Source of the DNA: a virus
Lineage: Duplodnaviria > Caudoviricetes
Virus record (IMG/VR): IMGVR_UViG_3300033402_000013
Location: 1-60,600 of that record
Strand: one strand, 5' to 3'
Length of the DNA: 60,600 nt
The position numbers were made by a program, and so were the translations under genes. Positions 55,974-60,600 of this stretch are shown one piece after another. Position 1 is the first letter of the stretch; every line of letters starts with the position of its first letter. The notes below the pieces were generated by a model. It was not told the origin of the DNA, did no database searches, and saw only the letters and a list, made by a program, of their open reading frames with translations.

Positions 55974-57452
55974 CTAGAGCATTCCCTCGCGAGCCTCGCG
56001 CCTGGTCTTCAGCTTCGGCTTGAACGCAGTCGTGCGAGACCCATCATCCGATCTGATCACTGTCTCGTAGCCCTCGCGCACGTAAGCGTTCATCCTCGTT
56101 CGGCTGTGTCGCTCTAGCATCGGTGAGCCTCGATCGAGAATGTCGTAGACCTCGAACGAAGCCTTGCGTCCGTTGTCGGTCCTCATGCCTCGGCCGATCC
56201 GCTGTAGAGTTGCTATGACGGACTTGCCACCCGAGGCGATGATCACCGACTGCAAAGAGGGAATGTCGACACCCTCTTGGAAGACCACCGATGCCACCAT
56301 CACATCGGAGTCGCGTCGCTCTAGCCGCTCGATCGCTGCGAGCCTGGTCTCAGCCTTGGTGTTGCCCCAAACGAACTCGGAGTTGAGGCCTGCCATCTCG
56401 AACGATCGGTGCAGCATCTTGCCGTGGTCGACAAGCTTGACGAAGACCATGCAGGGCTTGGCCACGGACATCGCGAGCTCGATGATGGCCTTGTTACGCT
56501 CGGCACCGTCCACGATCATGGCGTCGTAGACCTCTTTGAACCGTTTCGATCCTTCGGCCTTGCGCCTCCATGGCGACGTGAACCCCGATCGGGATGCCAT
56601 CTCTGGAGGCCTCTGGGTCACCTTGATCATGGTGATGTGTGGCATCGCCAGTACGCCAGCCTCGATCAGAGTCTTGGCCTTGATGCTGTAGATCACCTTG
56701 CCGAGTGCGGCTATCGCCATGAGACTGCGGTTGTCGGTCCGATCGAGCGGCGTGCCCGAGAAGCCGAATCGGTAGCCAGCTGGGCACCGCTCGATCGCGT
56801 TGTAGTAGACGTCTGCCGGCGCCACGTGGCACTCGTCCACCACGAGACCATCGAGCTTCTTCAGCGCAGCATCGACACCGTCCTTGTCGTGGCGGATCCC
56901 GCTCGCCAGGGACTGCAAGGTCATCATGTTGAGACCCGGCTCGAGCTTCCACTCTGCCGGCGAGGTCCTCGATAGAACGTTCGCCTGCTTGCCCGTCCGC
57001 AGCTTGTACTTCTTCCCTTGCTGATCGATCAGCGTCTCGCGGTGGACCAGGAACAACCATCGTCCTGGCAGGCGCTTCACCAGCCCGACGATCATCTCTC
57101 CTTTGCCCGAGCCCGTCGGGGAGCGCACGATCCCTCGGCGCTCACGAACGCAGGCCTCGACAGCCTCAAGCTGGTAGTCGCGTAGCCATGCGAGGTCTGC
57201 GTTCGCGTCGGGCTTGATGGCCGAGATTCGCTTGTCGAGCTCCTCGATCTTGACCCCATCACGCGATGCAGCATCGCGGACCAATGCCAGGAGGCCACCT
57301 GGGAATGATCCGTTGTGCTTGAGCATCGTCACGCGCTTGGTGCCGGCGCTGTAGCTCGTCGTCTCGAAGCTGAGGTACTGGTGCAGCCAAGCAGTCTCCT
57401 CATCGCTCGCACCGAGCAACCTGCACAGCATGTTCGTCACTTCTATGATCAT
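55974..57452 (-). CDS. Superfamily 2 DNA helicase (UvsW/XPB-like)
   Basis: LRDYQ, PTGSGKG, VDECH, GFSGTP, EGVDIP and QRIGRGMR. Confidence 0.92.
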   Translation of the reverse strand: MIIEVTNMLCRLLGASDEETAWLHQYLSFETTSYSAGTKRVTMLKHNGSFPGGLLALVRDAASRDGVKIEELDKRISAIKPDANADLAWLRDYQLEAVEACVRERRGIVRSPTGSGKGEMIVGLVKRLPGRWLFLVHRETLIDQQGKKYKLRTGKQANVLSRTSPAEWKLEPGLNMMTLQSLASGIRHDKDGVDAALKKLDGLVVDECHVAPADVYYNAIERCPAGYRFGFSGTPLDRTDNRSLMAIAALGKVIYSIKAKTLIEAGVLAMPHITMIKVTQRPPEMASRSGFTSPWRRKAEGSKRFKEVYDAMIVDGAERNKAIIELAMSVAKPCMVFVKLVDHGKMLHRSFEMAGLNSEFVWGNTKAETRLAAIERLERRDSDVMVASVVFQEGVDIPSLQSVIIASGGKSVIATLQRIGRGMRTDNGRKASFEVYDILDRGSPMLERHSRTRMNAYVREGYETVIRSDDGSRTTAFKPKLKTRREAREGML

Positions 57453-57766
57453 CGGTCCCTTTGCGCGCCGACGTCATGTCGGAGCTTGATGGCCTCGCGC
57501 AGCGCTGCAACGTGCTTCGCTGCGATTGCCTCGTCAGTGTAGTGCTCACGAATCCATCGGATGATCCCGCCGAGCTTCACGAAGTGGTATCGCCCTTGAA
57601 GCTTGAACGGGATGCGCCCTTTGTTGATCTGATGATGCAGCGTCTGGATGCGTAGGCCGATCGCACGAGCAGCGTCTCCGATCGGCAGGTAGCCTGCTCG
57701 TCGCCAGTCGCGCGTGTCCATTGCAGGCATGGTCTTGCCTTCCTCGTCGGAGATTCCGACGGTCAT
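57449..57766 (-). CDS. Excisionase/MerR-like HTH protein
   Basis: YLPIGDAARAIGLRIQTLHHQINKGRIP. Confidence 0.7.
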   Translation of the reverse strand: MTVGISDEEGKTMPAMDTRDWRRAGYLPIGDAARAIGLRIQTLHHQINKGRIPFKLQGRYHFVKLGGIIRWIREHYTDEAIAAKHVAALREAIKLRHDVGAQRDR

Positions 57767-58380
57767 CCTCGAGTCAGACGAAGAAGCCCGTCGGCAAGAT
57801 CTCCACCTTTACCACAGGCCTTGCGCAGCGCCCGCTTCGCTTCGGCGAGATCCTCGCGATTCCTGAACGTCAGCTCGAGGAGGAACGGACGAGCTACGGG
57901 CGTGCCGATCTCCTCCGGCATCTCGGCACCGTCAAGGTCCTCGAGGTCAGGATCGATCTGCTTGAGCGAGTGCACAAGCTCCTGAAGCTCGAGCTCGGAG
58001 AATCCCGCGATCTGAAGGTCATCGTAGTGGAAGCCGTCATCGATGAGGTTCGCCAGCAGCTCGCTCGCGATCGAGAGGTCCGTTTCTCCTCGGAGACGAT
58101 TCAAGGCTAGCGCTACGAGACGCGGGTCTTCGTTCGCTCCGAGCACGATCGCAGGAATAGTTTGTGTTGCACCGATCTCTCGGACGGCCTTCGCTCGATG
58201 ATGTCCATCGATGATCTCGTAGCGATCTCCTTTGGCCCGCACTGTGATCGGAACGGAAAACCCGATCCTTTTGATGCTTTCGATCAGTTGCAGGTATTTC
58301 GTTGGGGACATCCGGTTCGCGTTGAGCGGGGCGTTGTCCAAGGAATCCAGCGAGATGGGGATGAGTTGCACGGTTGCCAA
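57763..58380 (-). CDS. ParB-like N-terminal domain protein
   Basis: NANRM...SIKRIGFSVPITV...IIDGHHR...LNRLRG; start may be GTG at 58371. Confidence 0.88.
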   Translation of the reverse strand: MATVQLIPISLDSLDNAPLNANRMSPTKYLQLIESIKRIGFSVPITVRAKGDRYEIIDGHHRAKAVREIGATQTIPAIVLGANEDPRLVALALNRLRGETDLSIASELLANLIDDGFHYDDLQIAGFSELELQELVHSLKQIDPDLEDLDGAEMPEEIGTPVARPFLLELTFRNREDLAEAKRALRKACGKGGDLADGLLRLTRG

Positions 58381-58680
58381 CCCTACCCCAGGACCTAGGA
58401 TCTCGAAAGATGACGCGCTGGAACATTCGCAACTATTTCATAACTCTGCGATTTTATAGGTGATCTTTTTTATCTTTTGGGTGTTGGCAAAAAATGTGGA
58501 TGGGTGATGCTGTTCTTGGGTCGGCGGAAAGGGGAAGGGGAGGCGGGGCGGGCGGGGCAGGGGGGACGATGATCTCTGAAAGCTGAATACCTCGATCGCT
58601 ACGCGGCAACGCCGAACGGTACGCCACCATCGTGGGGCCTAGTACTCGCCACTGTCGCCAGCTACACGGATCGAGGCTCA
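58381..58680. promoter_or_regulatory. Divergent control region with an AT-rich tract (58431-58497) and a G-run tract (58531-58565)
   Basis: Non-coding gap where the coding strand switches; abrupt compositional anomalies. Confidence 0.6.
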
Positions 58681-58682
58681 CT

Positions 58683-58731
58683 ACTGCACTGATGAGCCCG
58701 GAAGGGCGAAACGTTGTAGGACGTATGCAGT
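58683..58731 (+). ncRNA. Hammerhead ribozyme 1 (type I)
   Basis: ACUGCA-CUGAUGA-GCCC(GGAA)GGGC-GAAA-CGU(UGUAGG)ACG-UA-UGCAGU: full core, three stems, GUA cleavage triplet (cut after 58725). Confidence 0.93.
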
Positions 58732-58772
58732 TAACGATCTCCACCACCACATCACACGAAAGGCAAACCACC

Positions 58773-59087
58773 ATGTCGCACAACACCAACAAGTTTCTCA
58801 CCCTCACCGACGCTGGCCTCGAGATGGTCCTGGCCGAGGGCTCGGACGTTGACAAGGTCCTCGCCGGCTCGCTGCGCGCCGAGCCGCAGTACGGCCCGGA
58901 CGCCTCGCACCGCACCGTCAAGGGTACGCGGAAGTTTCAGTGCAACGCGCCGGTCGCTTTCGAGGTGTGCATGGCCAAGATCATGCGCGCCAACGACTTC
59001 GAGAAGGAAGGCCAGGCCATCCGCCTGGTGCTCGCCGAAGGCCTGAAGGCGCTTGGCTTCGATGTCGAAATCGACGAAGAAGTCTGA
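58773..59087 (+). CDS. Putative ribbon-helix-helix DNA-binding protein flanked by ribozymes
   Basis: ATG 58773 after GAAAGG; C-terminal RKFQCN-APVAFEVCMAKIMRAN-EGQAIRLVLAEGLKA has a strand-helix-helix pattern. Confidence 0.6.
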   Translation: MSHNTNKFLTLTDAGLEMVLAEGSDVDKVLAGSLRAEPQYGPDASHRTVKGTRKFQCNAPVAFEVCMAKIMRANDFEKEGQAIRLVLAEGLKALGFDVEIDEEV

Positions 59088-59090
59088 CCT

Positions 59091-59140
59091 GCTGCACTGA
59101 TGAGGCCGGAAGGCCGAAACGCCCCCGAGGCGTATGCAGC
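59091..59140 (+). ncRNA. Hammerhead ribozyme 2 (type I)
   Basis: GCUGCA-CUGAUGA-GGCC(GGAA)GGCC-GAAA-CGCC(CCCGA)GGCG-UA-UGCAGC: full core, GUA triplet (cut after 59134). Confidence 0.93.
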
Positions 59141-59164
59141 TCCACCATCACGAAGGAGACCACC

Positions 59165-59392
59165 ATGAAGACCAAGAACAAGCCGATCGTGTTCGTCACC
59201 GAGTCGGACGAGGGCGGCACGATCGTCACCGTCGCGAATCCGCGTTTCGCTTCGCGGGCTGCGCAGGCCTTTGACTCCGTCAACGATCTAGTGCGGCCGG
59301 CAGTCGGCGAGTTCACCGTGCCGTGGAACACCTACCGGACCACGAGCGCGTTGATCGCCGCTGGCTTCACCGTCAAGGTCGTCGAGTCGTAA
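59165..59392 (+). CDS. Small hypothetical protein
   Basis: GAAGGAG SD, MKTKNKPIVFV..., 75 aa. Confidence 0.7.
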   Translation: MKTKNKPIVFVTESDEGGTIVTVANPRFASRAAQAFDSVNDLVRPAVGEFTVPWNTYRTTSALIAAGFTVKVVES

Positions 59393-59424
59393 CACCTTCC
59401 CCACCACCACGAAGGAGACCACCA

Positions 59425-60009
59425 ATGAGCTACGAAGCTGCCCCTGCCACCACCATGCTCGCCACGCACTGCGCGATCTGCAACCGTCCGTTGCTGGACG
59501 CGTTCTCCGTCGAGGTCGCCATCGGCCCCATCTGCCGCCAGCGCCATGGGTACGATGAGGAGCTCGCTGCACTCGGCGAGGACGCGCGCGTCGCGGCGAA
59601 TCGCATCATTCACCAGATCGCGGTGCACCGCGAGGACGAGCAGCTCCGTGCGGACGGTTGCGCGGCGCTGCGCGTGATGGGTTTCAAGAAGCTGCCCGAC
59701 CGGATCGAGTACCGGGGCAAGGACGCACCGAAGGGCGATGGCGTCGTCATCGAGGAGCACGTGCTGCCCCCGTTCGTCGGCCGCTGGCGGACCTTCCCCG
59801 CCGTGACGGGGTATCTCGTGCGTGCGCCGTACCGCCCGTCTGCGGTGGCCGCGTTCCGCAACATCCCTGGCCGTCGCTGGCTGCGCGAGGCGAAGGCCAC
59901 CTTCGTACCGGCCGGCGAGCGCAAGTCCCTCTGGCAGCTACTGAAAGTCCACTATGCGGGGTTGACTATCACCACCGCGTCGGGGACCACTGTCATCCCT
60001 ACCGTGTAA
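59425..60009 (+). CDS. DUF6011-like Zn finger plus HARP-like domain protein
   Basis: CAICNRPLLD..S...IGPIC and PYRPSAVAAFRNIPGRRW...K..FVP; GAAGGAG SD. Confidence 0.65.
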   Translation: MSYEAAPATTMLATHCAICNRPLLDAFSVEVAIGPICRQRHGYDEELAALGEDARVAANRIIHQIAVHREDEQLRADGCAALRVMGFKKLPDRIEYRGKDAPKGDGVVIEEHVLPPFVGRWRTFPAVTGYLVRAPYRPSAVAAFRNIPGRRWLREAKATFVPAGERKSLWQLLKVHYAGLTITTASGTTVIPTV

Positions 60010-60114
60010 GCTCTCCTTCCCTCCGCTCGGAGGGTATCCGAGGAACCCCGCATGCGCGATCATGCTGGGCTCCTCGGGCACCTGCCCGGATCAACCAACG
60101 AAAGAAGAACGACA

Positions 60115-60600
60115 ATGGCGACCAAGAAGAACCCCGCACCTGCACAGCCCCCCACGAAGCCCGCTGCCAAGGCAGCCCCAGCTCCTGACCCGGTCGACGA
60201 TCTCGAGGACGAGGTCGATGATGCCGAAGGCGATCTCGAAGACGAGGACGATGGCGAGCCGAACGGTGCCAAGTCCCGTAACTGGCTCAAGACGCAGCGC
60301 CTGCCCGCGCCTAAGCGCGAGGCGGTGCTCATCGCCAACATCGTGAACAAGACCGCGCGCCGCGCTGGCGTGATCGAGGACTGGCCTGGGGACGAGCTTG
60401 TCGGCATCCGCAAGCAGCTGTCGGCCGCCATCGACTCGATGAAGGCAGCGGCCGATGCGCTCGCAAAGCTGCCCGACAGCTACAAGGCGCGCGTCCCGCA
60501 CGCCCGCAAGAGCGGCGGTGCCGAGCTGGCGCCCGGCTCGCTGCTCAGGATCACCGAGAAGCAGCTGGAGACCTACAAGGGGATCCTCGAGGACGACCAG
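60115..60600 (+). CDS. Hypothetical protein, partial (runs off the right edge)
   Basis: MATKKNPAPAQPP...DDLEDEVDDAEGDLEDEDD...; open to the end of the window. Confidence 0.7.
   Translation, partial: MATKKNPAPAQPPTKPAAKAAPAPDPVDDLEDEVDDAEGDLEDEDDGEPNGAKSRNWLKTQRLPAPKREAVLIANIVNKTARRAGVIEDWPGDELVGIRKQLSAAIDSMKAAADALAKLPDSYKARVPHARKSGGAELAPGSLLRITEKQLETYKGILEDDQ

Larger units (their letters stand above)
1..60600. mobile_element. Tailed dsDNA bacteriophage genome segment (Caudoviricetes, probably contractile-tailed)
   Basis: Terminase, portal, capsid, scaffold, sheath-like gene, endolysin and a full replication/recombination set; dense overlapping ORFs; no host housekeeping genes or integrase seen. 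Confidence 0.96.

Noticed and set aside
57449-57766. Excisionase as evidence of a prophage
   Set aside because: No integrase, att site or host flank in the window; this HTH family is common in lytic phages
58454-58921. 155-aa minus-strand ORF with a poly-Pro stretch
   Set aside because: It overlaps the ribozyme and the plus-strand gene; the Pro run simply mirrors the G tract

Overview
The whole window is a GC-rich tailed dsDNA bacteriophage genome segment with no host housekeeping genes, tRNAs, integrase or CRISPR array. It is probably a myovirus, since a sheath-like gene runs off the left edge. Almost everything from 1 to 58380 reads on the minus strand. From left to right it contains: tail sheath and neck genes, major capsid, scaffold, folE, a gp7-like head protein, collagen-like fibres, portal, GH25 endolysin, thyX and terminase large subunit. 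These are followed by about 10 kb of small accessory ORFs dominated by a tandem family of H-C-C-C zinc-finger paralogs, and then a 7-deazaguanine DNA-modification cluster (queE, queD, two ParB-like genes, dpdA-like, yhhQ, dpdL-like). Next come an SbcCD-like nuclease, RecA, a gp32-like SSB, a UvsY-like protein, dcd, a UDG-fused family A DNA polymerase, primase, DnaB-like helicase, a putative initiator with an internal hairpin cluster, and an SF2 helicase. A divergent control region at about 58.4-58.7 kb starts a plus-strand operon, probably early. Its first gene, a ribbon-helix-helix-like regulator, is bracketed by two complete hammerhead ribozymes with cross-compatible stem I arms, which could release and circularise a 409-nt mRNA; this is the most striking element. 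All product calls come from motif recognition by eye, and no database searches were run. The host cannot be assigned from the sequence alone.
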